A DNA stretch of 62,777 nucleotides, filler included, from Stramenopiles sp. TOSAG23-3 (GCA_900128585.1; 16 parts of 16 records of this genome joined end to end with filler, not necessarily neighbours in it); one strand, 5' to 3'; shown: positions 31,632-42,651, counted from the first letter of the whole stretch. Translations and numbers: made by a program. The notes: generated by a model from the sequence alone, not told the origin.

Positions 31632-31948
31632 ATTTTTTTTTGGATCCGCCGGTGATGATGACGATACGTAGAAGGTACCGTACCTGATTGGCACTGATAT
31701 TACATTATTATGGTATTAGCTAATAATATAAATACGTCCTCGTATTCCAATATTAATATTTAATTCCCCCACCTAATAGTCTATAATAATATTCTTCATC
31801 TTCTTCTTCGATCTTTTTTATAATTTTTTATAATTTTTATTATTATTATTCCTCCTCCTCCTCCTAGCACCTCCTCCTTCCTACAAAAAACCGACTGCTT
31901 CTACTACTACCGGTAAAGTTGCAAGATAAACACGAAAAGTATACTGTT

Positions 31949-33700
31949 ATGAAAAATGCAAATGTTTTTCAGTGCACAATTGCTGTTCGTCTAAAACCAA
32001 ACGTAGACCAAAACCAAACGGACCGAATATTTCCTGAGGCATCACTGAAGGACCAGGCGATTAGGAGGCAAATGAATTTCTTAAGCAACGCCTCTTCCTT
32101 TGATCACCCGAGTTTCTCCTCTGCAGTTGTGGAAGCCTACCGAGTTGTCGCAAGGACCGAAATTCGGAACGCGCCCGACAGGGACAAGTCAACATGCACG
32201 GGACAATACCTTAGGATGGGGCAATTTATATCAATAACTCATCGCATCAACTCTGCCGGTGGATTTATATTTCTTCGTCTGGAGGACGAAAGCGGTTACA
32301 TTGAGGCGAGCAAGGACAGCATAAAAGCACTCCCAATAAGTACCGGGGTATACGTGTACGAGGTTACCAACAGCGCAGGACTCGCCGTGCGCTCATTTCC
32401 GGACTGCGACAAAAGGTACCGACTACCATACTTCATCGACAAGGGTTCATACATAGCTTCGAACATGCGGGTCCGAGGCGCCAGGGGGGAGTGGTATCCA
32501 AGAATTGAGGGTGTTGGATGGCTATTTGAGACGAGGGATAAGAGCACAACATTGATTCGTAAACCCGTGCAGGTCGGTACGTTCGTTTACATGGTGCAGA
32601 ATGGAAAGCATGGATTGGATGCGAGGGTTCACCCAGACTACAGAAAAGACTTGAAAATTATTCCAAAGACTGCGTACAGTTCGGGGATGATCGTCTCCGC
32701 ATCATTTCGAGTCCAAGGGCAATTTGGAGACTGGTTTGTTCGATTGGACGCTGGCGGTTGGTTATTCGAGTCTCGGTTAGGACAGCAGACGCTGGTCCAG
32801 TGCCCCGTCGAGTCGGGCAACTTCATATATTCTGTTCTCAACAAAATGGGATTAGCCCTTAGAACGTACCCAGACTACCGACCGTCGCTTCGGGTAAGCC
32901 CCCAAGTCCTATTTACCCCAGGAAAAATAGTCACTGGGACCGAACGGGTCCAGGGCGAGTTCGGTGATGTTTTCGTCAAGATGAAAGACTTTCCTGGGTG
33001 GCTTTTTGAGACACGGTTAGGAAGCCAAATGCTGGCGCCTGTAGCAAGGGGAGCATCGGCGAACACATTTGCTCGGGTAAGATCGCCTGTAAAAGCGGCA
33101 CAAGGACCGCAGAGGGAGCTTTCGTTCCCGTCCGAGTACTACAATATAAAGCGCACGCTCAGGCTTTACTTTGCTGGGGTATGTGTCAATGGCAAAAAAG
33201 GACCATGCGGCTCTGCGGCATACTGCAAGTCCACCAGCATTGGGGAAGAGGGAAAACTAATTTTCGAAAGCATGGTGAAACTGGACGGAAATTTCACACG
33301 GAACATAGCCGAGTACTCGGCGTTGATACTTGCATTACAGCAGCTAGAGAAATACGTAACCGAGGAAGATTGTTCAGCAGAGGTTGAGATAGTGGGCGAT
33401 TCTGAATTGGTGGTAAGCCAGATGAAACGGATGAACCAAGTTAGCAACGGTGTCCTCTCCAGGTACTACCGAGACGCTTCATCTACTTTGCAACGATTAA
33501 AGAAAAGTTTATCCACCACTAGTGTCAAATTTAAAGCCATTCCTACAGTATTGAACGGGACAGCAACAAAGCTAGCAAAGAAAGCCCTTCAACTCAATGC
33601 TAAAAAAATTGTTCGCGAACCAACAGAAGAAGTCCTGAGCAAAATTATTCTCGGTGGCTCCACTTTCGTCGTCCGCAGCAAGCACGGCAATTCTGCATGA
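31949..33700 (+). CDS. Protein with 3-4 tandem ~77-aa SH3-like repeats and a C-terminal RNase HI-like domain (catalytic Asp residues substituted)
   Basis: Repeats Y.V.N..GL..R..PD......G.......RV.G..G..(F/Y)......GWLFE(T/S)R. RNase H motifs LYFAG.C..G..GPCGSA, TRNIAEYSALILAL, VEIVGDSELVVSQM, NGTATKLA. Confidence 0.8.
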   Translation: MKNANVFQCTIAVRLKPNVDQNQTDRIFPEASLKDQAIRRQMNFLSNASSFDHPSFSSAVVEAYRVVARTEIRNAPDRDKSTCTGQYLRMGQFISITHRINSAGGFIFLRLEDESGYIEASKDSIKALPISTGVYVYEVTNSAGLAVRSFPDCDKRYRLPYFIDKGSYIASNMRVRGARGEWYPRIEGVGWLFETRDKSTTLIRKPVQVGTFVYMVQNGKHGLDARVHPDYRKDLKIIPKTAYSSGMIVSASFRVQGQFGDWFVRLDAGGWLFESRLGQQTLVQCPVESGNFIYSVLNKMGLALRTYPDYRPSLRVSPQVLFTPGKIVTGTERVQGEFGDVFVKMKDFPGWLFETRLGSQMLAPVARGASANTFARVRSPVKAAQGPQRELSFPSEYYNIKRTLRLYFAGVCVNGKKGPCGSAAYCKSTSIGEEGKLIFESMVKLDGNFTRNIAEYSALILALQQLEKYVTEEDCSAEVEIVGDSELVVSQMKRMNQVSNGVLSRYYRDASSTLQRLKKSLSTTSVKFKAIPTVLNGTATKLAKKALQLNAKKIVREPTEEVLSKIILGGSTFVVRSKHGNSA

Positions 33701-34170
33701 TGTTCTTCAGTTACGTTTTTTTAATTATTAAAAACAATATAGAGAATCGACAAAGTATTCTATCCCAACATAAAGGGAGGATACAGCATACTAATATAAT
33801 GTAATATAATTATAGGACTATATTAGTCTAGTCAGTTCTAGCTTATAATAATAAAATAGTCCTACTAAAATAGTCCTAGAATTGGTGGTGTGATGATGAT
33901 GGCTTATTTTTATTTTTTGTGTGTGGTGTGCGGAAGGAGGAATAATGGATGGACGGAAGACGGAAGACGTCACTTGACTGTCAACAACCCAAATCAAACC
34001 ATATTTTGAAAATCTAATGAATCAGAAAATAAAGTCCGAAATAATTAACAAATTGAATTGGAGTAGGGTTCGTATTTTCAAGGGTAGAAAGGTTGCAATT
34101 TATGAGCCTGGCACACATTTGCTAGCATTGGATATTGCACAGGAAGAGAGAAAAAAAAAGGACGTGAACT

Positions 34171-35372
34171 ATGAACGGCAGCGTTGAACCATGTCGAGAG
34201 GCGAGGGCTTCTTTCTGCGAGAGAAGCTTTTTCACTTGGGTAAACCCCATCGTCAAATTGGCATCGAATAAAGTGCTGTCCCAGGAGGATTTGCCTGACA
34301 TTATGGATACTGACAAATCAAATGCGCAACGTTTGCAGTTCAAGAAAGAATGGGATAAACTATTAAAGACGCGTGGGGACAAGGCAACCATTGTCGACGT
34401 TCTAAAGAAAGTTTACGGCCGCCCGTTTGCGATTGCAGGTATTGTAAAACTATGGCACGACATTTTGCAATACCTGGCACCAGTTCTACTTAGCATGATA
34501 ATTGGCTTTATCGAAGACGGCGGGACCGCAGTGATTAGTATATTCGGGTGGAATGCCCCGGCGGGGCTGGTCTACGTCTTTCTTTTGTTCCTGGGTCAGA
34601 TTGTGCAAAACTTTTTTTTGAACAACTACTTTCATCGCGTTTACCGTGTTGGGATGCAGGCGCGGGCGTTTGTGATATCTGCGATATATGACAAGAGCCT
34701 GCGGGTTACAATGTCGGAGCAGCACGGATCCTCAACTGGATCAATAGTTAATTTGATGAGCAATGACACGGAGCGCATTCAGCGTGTTACATCCTACGGT
34801 CACAACATATGGTCTGCGCCGTTCCAAGTCATTGTGGCCTTTGTCCTACTTATGGTCTACATTGGCCCCAGTGCGCTTGTCGGCATCTTTGTTATGATAG
34901 TTAGTGTGCCCGCGAAGAAATATTTGGCGAAAAAACTGGGCCAGTTGCGAGTTAAAGTTGTTAAAACAACAGAACACAGAGTAAAACTGATCAATGACGT
35001 ACTGCAAGGCATGCGGGTAATTAAACTTTACGCGTGGGAAAACTCGTTTTTGAAAATGATTCAAAGTGTGCGTCAGAAAGAGATGGATTTGTTGAACAAG
35101 ACGATCGTTACGGACAGCGTATCCCGTACTATGTGGAATTTAACACCGCTCCTCGTGGCAATGTCAACTTTTGCAGTGTACGCTGCATCAGGCGGACAAA
35201 TGAAAGCATCTCTTATTTTTACGGCACTTTCCCTATTTACGCGAATGCGTTTCCCATTGACAGTCTTCCCGATGATCATCACCAGCTTGATAGACTTTTT
35301 TGTTGCATCAAGGCGAATAACGAAGTTTTTGCACCAGACGGAAGTGAAAGGGTTGAATATTCTTCCCCTGCT
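34171..35372 (+). CDS. ABCC/MRP-type ABC transporter, N-terminal TMD1; 3'-truncated
   Basis: ASF..R.FFTWVNPIV, IYDKSLR, GSIVNLMSND, RVKLINDVLQGMRVIKLYAWE, IFTALSLF..MRFPL, RRITKFL. Confidence 0.93.
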
Positions 35373-35474
35373 NNNNNNNNNNNNNNNNNNNNNNNNNNNN
35401 NNNNNNNNNNNNNNNNTTAATTAATTAANNNNNNNNNNNNNNNNNNNNNNNNNNNNNNNNNNNNNNNNNNNNTA

Positions 35475-36728
35475 GTTTATGCAACTGTTGCGGCCTCTGC
35501 TGGAGCCATGTTCATTGTAGGTATTCCCGCACTGTTCTTGTACGTTCTTGTGTTTTCCCGGAACCAAGGCGTCCAGAAGAAATGGAAACATTGCGTTCGG
35601 TTCCCAGACCATAAGAAGAGTTTGCTCCAAGAAGCCAAGGAGGACGCGGATGTGCTCGGCCATTTCTGGACGTTGGACAAAGATGGAGATGGTGACCACA
35701 CCATTGAAGAAGAGAAACAAGCCGTTTGCTTGTACTTGCGAAGAAAAAATATGCGAAGTCATCGAAATTACGAGCGTATAGGCTTCATCTACTATTCTTA
35801 CAGAGAAGAATGTTGGTGGTACGAAATCGTAGAGCTGAGCAGAAAACTAATTTTGAATGGGTGCATGGTGTTGATTGCGGAAGGTTTGGTCACAAGGGTA
35901 GTTGCTGGCGTGCTGGTCTGCTTCATCTACCTGGTGGTGATGAACCACTTTCGGCCATACACGTGCATGTCTGATTTTACGCTACAAAACATATGCCACA
36001 TACAGCTGTTCCTGACAGTGTTCGCAGGAATGATGATAAAAGGAAAGATTCCTTACCTAGGGTTTGAAAGTTTTTGGCGTCCCACCGAGCAGAAAGTCGT
36101 GGAAATAGTTGTGATTGTATCGCATGCTCTGACCCTAGCATTTGGCCTTGCCTCTATATTGTGGGAAAAGTTCTTTTCTTCCGAGGTCCGAAGGTTGCGA
36201 TCTCTGCAGAAGAAAAACGCCAACGAACGCAAGCAACGAATGGTGAAATTCTCAAGAGCAAGGAAAAATTTGATGGCAGGCCTGCGTAGCCAACTTGCTT
36301 TAAAGAAGGGGGGGATGAAAAATGCGTTTGGTCCCCCAAAGGCCGGGGGGGGATCAAATGGTCCGGAACCCCCAAAGCCCAAAGGAGGGCTTGCCGGGAT
36401 GAACTTCGCCTGGCCCGATCAAGGCGCAAACAAAAAAGAAGATTCCAGTAGTTCAGAAAGTGAGGTTGACCTTGACCACTGGTCCAGTTCGGAGGGTTCC
36501 GAGAGCGGAACGGGAGACTCTTCGCATGTAGAAAGCGAGGGGTCTCACTCTGCAGGCACGGGGCACGAGAGTACTAGTGGAACAGGGACTGGAACTGACA
36601 GTGTTAGTGGAAGTGCCAGCGGAAGTGTCAGCGGGAGTGCCAGCGAGAGTGAAAGCGCTTCCTCCAGTGAAGAGGAAACTGGGAAAGGGAAGAAAGAAAA
36701 AGTAACAGCCGATTTTAATTGGGACTAA
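35475..36728 (+). CDS. C-terminal multi-TM module of a large membrane protein (protist G(F)LY..Y....WWE type), with a loop EF-hand and a Ser/Gly/Glu-rich tail; 5'-truncated
   Basis: FIVGIPALF, RIGFIYYSYREECWWYEIVELSRKLIL, HFRPY...D..LQ, EF-like DKDGDGDHTIEE. Confidence 0.7.
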   Translation, partial: VYATVAASAGAMFIVGIPALFLYVLVFSRNQGVQKKWKHCVRFPDHKKSLLQEAKEDADVLGHFWTLDKDGDGDHTIEEEKQAVCLYLRRKNMRSHRNYERIGFIYYSYREECWWYEIVELSRKLILNGCMVLIAEGLVTRVVAGVLVCFIYLVVMNHFRPYTCMSDFTLQNICHIQLFLTVFAGMMIKGKIPYLGFESFWRPTEQKVVEIVVIVSHALTLAFGLASILWEKFFSSEVRRLRSLQKKNANERKQRMVKFSRARKNLMAGLRSQLALKKGGMKNAFGPPKAGGGSNGPEPPKPKGGLAGMNFAWPDQGANKKEDSSSSESEVDLDHWSSSEGSESGTGDSSHVESEGSHSAGTGHESTSGTGTGTDSVSGSASGSVSGSASESESASSSEEETGKGKKEKVTADFNWD

Positions 36729-37582
36729 TATGGCGGTCCGTCGTTGGTCCCCTTGGAAATTGTGGTTTAAAAAAATAACAGTTAGGAAACGCGAACACAA
36801 ACTTTGTTTTTTGTTTCATCATTGGTTGTTTACTCGATACAAATTTAAATAATAATATAATTAAAATAATAAAAAAATAGTAACAATAAATACTTACTGA
36901 ATATTAAGGATAATATATCTACTACGAGAACAAGATTTTGTCGCTTCAAGGTATTCTATTATATTATTATGATATAAATAATGAGGATGTGATAAATATT
37001 TTCATCTCGATGTATATCTGTCCTTAATATAAAATTGTTGTTTACATGGTTCGATATTAATTGTTTAATGAAATAATACACTTTTTTTGTTTATTTTTTA
37101 TGTAAAATATAGAAGTCGCCTATATTATTCAGTTTTTCTTCTTTTCTACTTCTTCTTCATCATCACATCACGCACAACACGGTGCGGTACANNNNNNTAT
37201 AGTCTCTATGAGATGATGGATGATTGATTGAAGAAGAAGAACAACTTCATGCTCAGATAATTTTAGTTGTTTTAATTGTGCATGTTCTCTTTCTTATGTA
37301 GACGAAATGGGCAATAGTTTATCACTGTTTCAAATTATCAGAGATAAATTGCTTGTATTTTTGTACGAACCGATTCTACCTTCATTTTTCTTAGAAGTAG
37401 TGGCGTTTGCGCGTTGTCCAAAACAAGAACACTAATTAGACACTGTTGTCCACGTGCTGTCGTTTGCAACCGCGACGTGTTGAACTTATACTTTGTTGAA
37501 GACTATAATTCCCCCTGGAGAAGTCCGTAAGCAGGGAGTGAAAAACTGTTGCATCGATCGATACCACTTTACAGAACCGATC

Positions 37583-38212
37583 ATGTTTATATTTGGAGGA
37601 AAAAAGTTGACTCCGAAAGAGCAGCAGCGAAAGTGGCAGAAAGACTTACGAAAGCAACACAGGGCTCTTGAGAAACAGATCAGAGAGAACAAGAGGCACG
37701 AGAAAAAAGTCAAGGCAGAAATAAAAAAGTACGCGAAATCAGGAGACATAAAAATAGTTCAAACTCTTGCGAAAGACGTTGTAAAATGCAGAAAGTCGAA
37801 CGATCGCCTGTACACAGCCCAAGCCCAAATAAACTCTGTCGGGATGCAGTTGAAGAGTCAGGCAGCCATGGCAAAGGTCACTGAGGCTATGGGTAAAAGT
37901 AACACAATTATGAAGTCAATGCGATCGCTCATAAGTTTGCCCCAAGTGTCCCAAATTGCCAGGGACATGGCGCGAGAAATGGAAAAGGCCGGGATGATTG
38001 AAGAAATGCAAGAAGACATGATGGAAATGTTAGATCCAGAAGACATGGACGATGAGATCCAAGAAGAGGTCGACCAAGTAATTACTGAACTGACAATGGG
38101 ACAACTTGCAGATATAAAGGGGTCTACACCTATGGGGAAAATTGCTGCTCAGCAGGCTGAAGAGGAAGAAGTTGCTAATATGCAGGATCGGTTGGCCAAG
38201 TTGACTAGCTGA
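37583..38212 (+). CDS. VPS24: ESCRT-III subunit CHMP3/Vps24
   Basis: PKEQQRKWQKDLR, LAKDVVKCRK...RLYTAQAQINSVGMQL, KSNTIMKSM, EMEKAGMIEEM, MIM-like MQDRLAKL. Confidence 0.88.
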   Translation: MFIFGGKKLTPKEQQRKWQKDLRKQHRALEKQIRENKRHEKKVKAEIKKYAKSGDIKIVQTLAKDVVKCRKSNDRLYTAQAQINSVGMQLKSQAAMAKVTEAMGKSNTIMKSMRSLISLPQVSQIARDMAREMEKAGMIEEMQEDMMEMLDPEDMDDEIQEEVDQVITELTMGQLADIKGSTPMGKIAAQQAEEEEVANMQDRLAKLTS

Positions 38213-38409
38213 GCACCGCAGCGTGTGTGAACCAAACCGCCACTCCGGGCAACAGTCGATCCCCAGCATTATATTGGGTTTGAATAGCTTTTCACAGGGG
38301 GGTTAATACGAAACGTACTAAACGTAAAATTTTAATTTTAGTAAAAATAATATATTTTTATAATATAATAAGATTAAAAAAAACAAGAAAATTATGGCTG
38401 TTATTTACG

Positions 38410-38540
38410 CATGTGTACTCCATGCATGATCCGAATCAGTGTGTGGAATTGCGTCGATGTCAAAAGACCCGCATAGTTGACTTCGTCATCCAATGTCTCA
38501 CTCATAGATGAATCATTCCTTGCGTAGTTTACCAGCAGCG
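38410..38540 (-). repeat. Dispersed ~150-bp repeat, copy B
   Basis: catgtgtactccatgcatgatccgaatc...tgtctcactcatagatgaatcattccttg...agcagcg. Confidence 0.85.
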
Positions 38541-38720
38541 AAATCTAAACGTTCCATTAACACAGTAGCTTTTTTCTACATATTTTAAATTAAAATACAT
38601 AAATAACCGCCAGTATCTACTATTTTGTTTTTAATTTAATACACGTAGACGACTATTTTTATTACATAAGTTCCGAAGGCAATACCCCAGTAATAACTTT
38701 TGTGAGGAGACCAATATTAC

Positions 38721-39290
38721 TTATCTCACCACAGTATTCAATATTGCGATCTCGGGAACTTCCTCCTCCGTTTGATCCTCTGGGAAGAACACGTTGTAAA
38801 ACCGTTCTCCATTATCTTCAATCAGTTTTTTTATTTCCCCCTCAAAGGGTTTATCCCATTCTTCTAATTGTACTAACACGGTGCTCCCATTCGTAAAATT
38901 TTCCCCTGGAAAAACGGTTTCTAAAGGCAGCGACTCCTTAATGTCACCATCATCAAATGTAACTGTGTATGCGCCATCATGTATGCTGGTAACAATTCCG
39001 TTGTAACGACCGAACCATTCGGCATGCACAACGCGGACACGATCGCCTACTTTGAATGTTTTCCTCTTATCGCTCTTACCACTGTCTTGGGGCTGGTCAT
39101 GTTCCAATGTTGCTGCTGCTTCTACTTGTTGTACAGGGGCACTAGCCTCATGCTCTGCTCCCTGATCGGCTACCTCTTCGGCGATTGCGTCCTGCAATTG
39201 CTTTGCCTTCCTCTCTTCCTCCATTTTCTGAAACACGGTTTTCTCATGCTGCGCTCCTTGCTCGGCCGCCATTCTAGCCATCGCATCGTG
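38721..39290 (-). CDS. C-terminus of a protein with tandem Tudor-like domains; 5'-truncated
   Basis: FKVGDRVRV..EW...YNGIVTSIHDGAYTVTFDDGD and FTNGSTVLV...W..PFEGEI......YNVFFPED. Confidence 0.7.
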   Translation of the reverse strand, partial: HDAMARMAAEQGAQHEKTVFQKMEEERKAKQLQDAIAEEVADQGAEHEASAPVQQVEAAATLEHDQPQDSGKSDKRKTFKVGDRVRVVHAEWFGRYNGIVTSIHDGAYTVTFDDGDIKESLPLETVFPGENFTNGSTVLVQLEEWDKPFEGEIKKLIEDNGERFYNVFFPEDQTEEEVPEIAILNTVVR

Positions 39291-39542
39291 TNNNNNNNNN
39301 NNNNNNNNNNNNNNNNNNNNNNNNNNNNNNNNNNNTTAATTAATTAANNNNNNNNNNNNNNNNNNNNNNNNNNNNNNNNNNNNNNNNNNNNGACGACTTC
39401 GTAGTACATAACCGTTAAGAAGCACTGTTTTATTTATTTTTATTTATATCTCTTCGTTCTTTCCTTTCCTTTTCGTTGGCCTTTCTTCTCGCCCTTTTTG
39501 TTCTTTCTTTCTTTCTTCTTTTCGTGTTGTACAACTATACGT

Positions 39543-40733
39543 ATGTCGCCGGTGGTGGTGGAGAAAGCAAAGGACTGGCGGCGGGGGGCGGTGGTAGCGG
39601 CAGGTGTTGCGGCCGTGGCCGGGGCGGTTTACTACTACTATTGGGGCCGAAGCTCGCGGGGTCGCAAACGGGATCACTCGGCGGTTCGAAAAATTATGGC
39701 AACAAGACCTTCCCAAAGCGAACAGCGCTTTGACATTGTGGGCCTGTATGTTTATCCAGTAAAATCGATGAAAGGCGTGGCGCTGGAAACCTCTGGGTTT
39801 GACCACCTTGGCCTGAAGAACGACCGACGGTTCTGTGTCATCAACGCGGCCACGGGGAACCTGGTGACCCAGCGCGACAACCGGCTGATGGCGTTGGTAC
39901 GGCCGGTGCTAGACGGCCAGAAGGGAACGCTGCAGTTTCGGTTCGGGGAGCCAGAGGCCCAAAGCCCCGCCGTCCCTTTGAACGCGGGCACGACGGGCGG
40001 GCTGGCCCGGACGGTGACCATCTGGAGGGTTCCGATACCGTGTGTTGACTGTGGAGACGACATCTCGAAGTGGTTGACGAAGAGCTTGAACAAAGGGAGC
40101 AAGCGGGCCAAGGACGTACCGTACCGCCTGGTGCGGCTTGCCCCAGGGTCTTTCAGGGATACGAACAAGTACGATACCAAATGGGGCACTGCATACAGCA
40201 AAGAGGACCGGGCAGGCTTCAGCGATTGCTCCCAGTACTTGGTTACGTTTACAAAGTCCCTGGCCTACTTGGACGAGTGCCTTCCCCCGAACACCATCGA
40301 AAGCATGAGGCGGTTTCGGCCGAACATAGTGCTCCAGAGCCACGTGCCGTTCGAAGAGGACTGGATCAGCCGCATGAGAGTCGTCCCAAAGCAGGGGGTT
40401 GGGCGCCGCCCGCCGATCGAGTTGAAGGTTAACAAGGGGTGCCACCGCTGTACGATGTGCACGATAAACCAAGAAACGGGCGAGCGGACCGCGCACAATC
40501 AACCCCTCAACCTCTTGCGAGAATTTCGTGTTGCCAAAGACGGGAGGTTTGAAAACTCTCCGTCATTTGGCTTGAACGTCAGTCGAGTCCCACTCGGCGC
40601 GGTAGGGGATGGGGACGGGGTAGACGAAGACGGTGCCTCGCTGAAATTTAGTGTTGGGGATGCAGTCGTCGTGACGAGGCAAGTGTTCACCAACATGCAA
40701 GATTGCGTCCCCGTCCAAAACCATTCTAAGTGA
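39543..40733 (+). CDS. MOSC-domain protein (mARC-like) with N-terminal membrane anchor
   Basis: TM AVVAAGVAAVAGAVYYYY; LYVYPVKSMKG, DRRFCV, DCGDDISKWL, GFSD, RRFRPNIV..PFEEDW, CHRCTMCTINQETG. Confidence 0.92.
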   Translation: MSPVVVEKAKDWRRGAVVAAGVAAVAGAVYYYYWGRSSRGRKRDHSAVRKIMATRPSQSEQRFDIVGLYVYPVKSMKGVALETSGFDHLGLKNDRRFCVINAATGNLVTQRDNRLMALVRPVLDGQKGTLQFRFGEPEAQSPAVPLNAGTTGGLARTVTIWRVPIPCVDCGDDISKWLTKSLNKGSKRAKDVPYRLVRLAPGSFRDTNKYDTKWGTAYSKEDRAGFSDCSQYLVTFTKSLAYLDECLPPNTIESMRRFRPNIVLQSHVPFEEDWISRMRVVPKQGVGRRPPIELKVNKGCHRCTMCTINQETGERTAHNQPLNLLREFRVAKDGRFENSPSFGLNVSRVPLGAVGDGDGVDEDGASLKFSVGDAVVVTRQVFTNMQDCVPVQNHSK

Positions 40734-41217
40734 AGCGGGTGGCAGAGGTGCGTGCTACATTTCAACAGGGGGGGTTGTCCCCCTTTTTTTGTCATTTCCC
40801 ACGAGAGAGTCAACATCCTTTTCCTTACTAGTCGTACACATAAATTTGTTTTTCAAAATATTTTTAAAGGAGTAAACGTTAAGTAGAAATAAGTCTCTTA
40901 CTTATGGATTTTTAAACTTCTTTAAGAATTACGGTGTGTAAAATCTTATGATAGTAAGAATAACGTACGTGTTTCAAATTTTCTACAGTGAGTTGAGAAA
41001 CTCTTGGGATGGTGTTGAAAAAACCCTCCGTACGGTAATCAGCCCTCTTCTACGTGTACGATTAACGGAACAGAACAAATAAAGAGAAATTAATAATTAT
41101 TTTTACGAGAAGTACACTTTCAATCTTTCTCTTACAATTGTGTTTGAAATTTTTTTTAAAATATTGGACTTTTAACTTTTACAATACATTTTAAAAGAAA
41201 CGCTCACCTTCGCCCCC

Positions 41218-42651
41218 CTACATCTTCTTCTTGTCGGCATATTGGTACTTGTGGTCTACGGTGGCGGGGTGGTAATAGGTTCTATAGTGCGCGACCTTTC
41301 GCATGTTGTCTTCCGAGAAGGTTTGGTCCCTGGAGGACTGTGCCTCGCTCATGGGCTCTTGGAAAGGATCGGATCCGTCCCAGCCGTTATTGGCATTAAC
41401 GGTGCACATGTAGCAGCACATCCCTGGCCGGGGCGGTGCCGACCTACTCATGGCCGCCAGAAAGAGTTTGTGCTTGAGGCGAGCCTGCACCCGAAGCTTT
41501 TCCTGCTGCTCGGTGGTCGCCAACGTCAGGGCCTTGACCTCCAAGAAGCTCAACGCGTTGGGGTCCCTTCGGTCGTACGCCCCATCGACGCACACGTTGC
41601 AGCACTGCGAAAACCCCCCATTGGACTTCAAGGGAGTGCTTCTTGCAGCTGATTTCTTGCGATTTGTGGAGCCCAGCTCGATCAACTGCGGTTGCACGCG
41701 CCCCCCGACGTCCAGGGACATGCTCGCGCTGCTGATGCCCGGCCCGTCCCTCGACCATGTCTTCGGGTGCTGGTGCGGGATGAACCACGTAGGGCAAATG
41801 TTGCAGCACGGCCCGGTGCCCTGCTGGCCGACGAAATCCTTCTTGTACGCTTCGGACACTCGCGCGGACTTTACGGCGGCTACCTCCAGCCTTGTCAAAA
41901 TGTCCCCGTGTCCCAGCGGGGTCTCGTCCTTCTGCATCCCCAGCGCTTCCCCGGCTGCTCCCAGGTCAGAGCCCAACCCAAACTTCCCTACCTTGGACCC
42001 TGACTTTTTGACCACCTGGTCGACGCGCCACCAACTCAAACCTACGGACTTGATCATATTTTTATCGTACGACGTCAACGTTTGGCCAGTTTCACTGGAC
42101 CGTTCCTTTTGCTCGTACCGCTTCTTGCTTGGAGGGGCGCTGCGAAAGCGAAATGCCTCCTGTTTACTATTGCTGCCCTTTGCGGGCTGAGCCGCGTGCA
42201 CGTCGTAGGCCCCGTGGAAGTTGCTCAGCGTTGCCTTTTCGACGTCCTCCGGCAATTGCAAGAGCGCCAAGTCGTGGTAAAACCTGCGTGTGCAGATTGT
42301 ACAGCAGGACGGGTACTCGCCCTTTCCCGGGGGTATAGGGATCGTCGGGGCTTCCGGCATTGTGGAGGGCCCAGGGTCCCGCGACTTCTTCTGTTTGGAG
42401 GTGTCCAGCGTTATGCTAAAGGGCCGTAATTTTCCAAACATATCGAAGGAGGGGTAGAAATTGATGCTACTTTTAACGCCTGCGGTGCCTCGTTTAGCCC
42501 TTTCCCCACCCTTTCCACGCTTCTTTGCCGACTGCCTCGAGCCCGCAGATGACCGCACGATGGAAACAACGACAAAGCAAACTAACACTACCTGTACTAA
42601 CGATTTGTGCAAGTTGCACCGCAACAGCCGCCGGCAGGCACAGGACTTCAT
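41218..42651 (-). CDS. Secreted protein with four CCxxC modules
   Basis: N-terminal hydrophobic stretch LVQVVLVCFVVVSIV; SCCTIC, PCCNIC, QCCNVC, MCCYMC. Confidence 0.72.
   Translation of the reverse strand: MKSCACRRLLRCNLHKSLVQVVLVCFVVVSIVRSSAGSRQSAKKRGKGGERAKRGTAGVKSSINFYPSFDMFGKLRPFSITLDTSKQKKSRDPGPSTMPEAPTIPIPPGKGEYPSCCTICTRRFYHDLALLQLPEDVEKATLSNFHGAYDVHAAQPAKGSNSKQEAFRFRSAPPSKKRYEQKERSSETGQTLTSYDKNMIKSVGLSWWRVDQVVKKSGSKVGKFGLGSDLGAAGEALGMQKDETPLGHGDILTRLEVAAVKSARVSEAYKKDFVGQQGTGPCCNICPTWFIPHQHPKTWSRDGPGISSASMSLDVGGRVQPQLIELGSTNRKKSAARSTPLKSNGGFSQCCNVCVDGAYDRRDPNALSFLEVKALTLATTEQQEKLRVQARLKHKLFLAAMSRSAPPRPGMCCYMCTVNANNGWDGSDPFQEPMSEAQSSRDQTFSEDNMRKVAHYRTYYHPATVDHKYQYADKKKM

Noticed and set aside
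33160-33600. RNase H as part of a retrotransposon
   Set aside because: No RT, integrase, gag or LTRs nearby; it is the end of a single ORF flanked by ordinary spacers.
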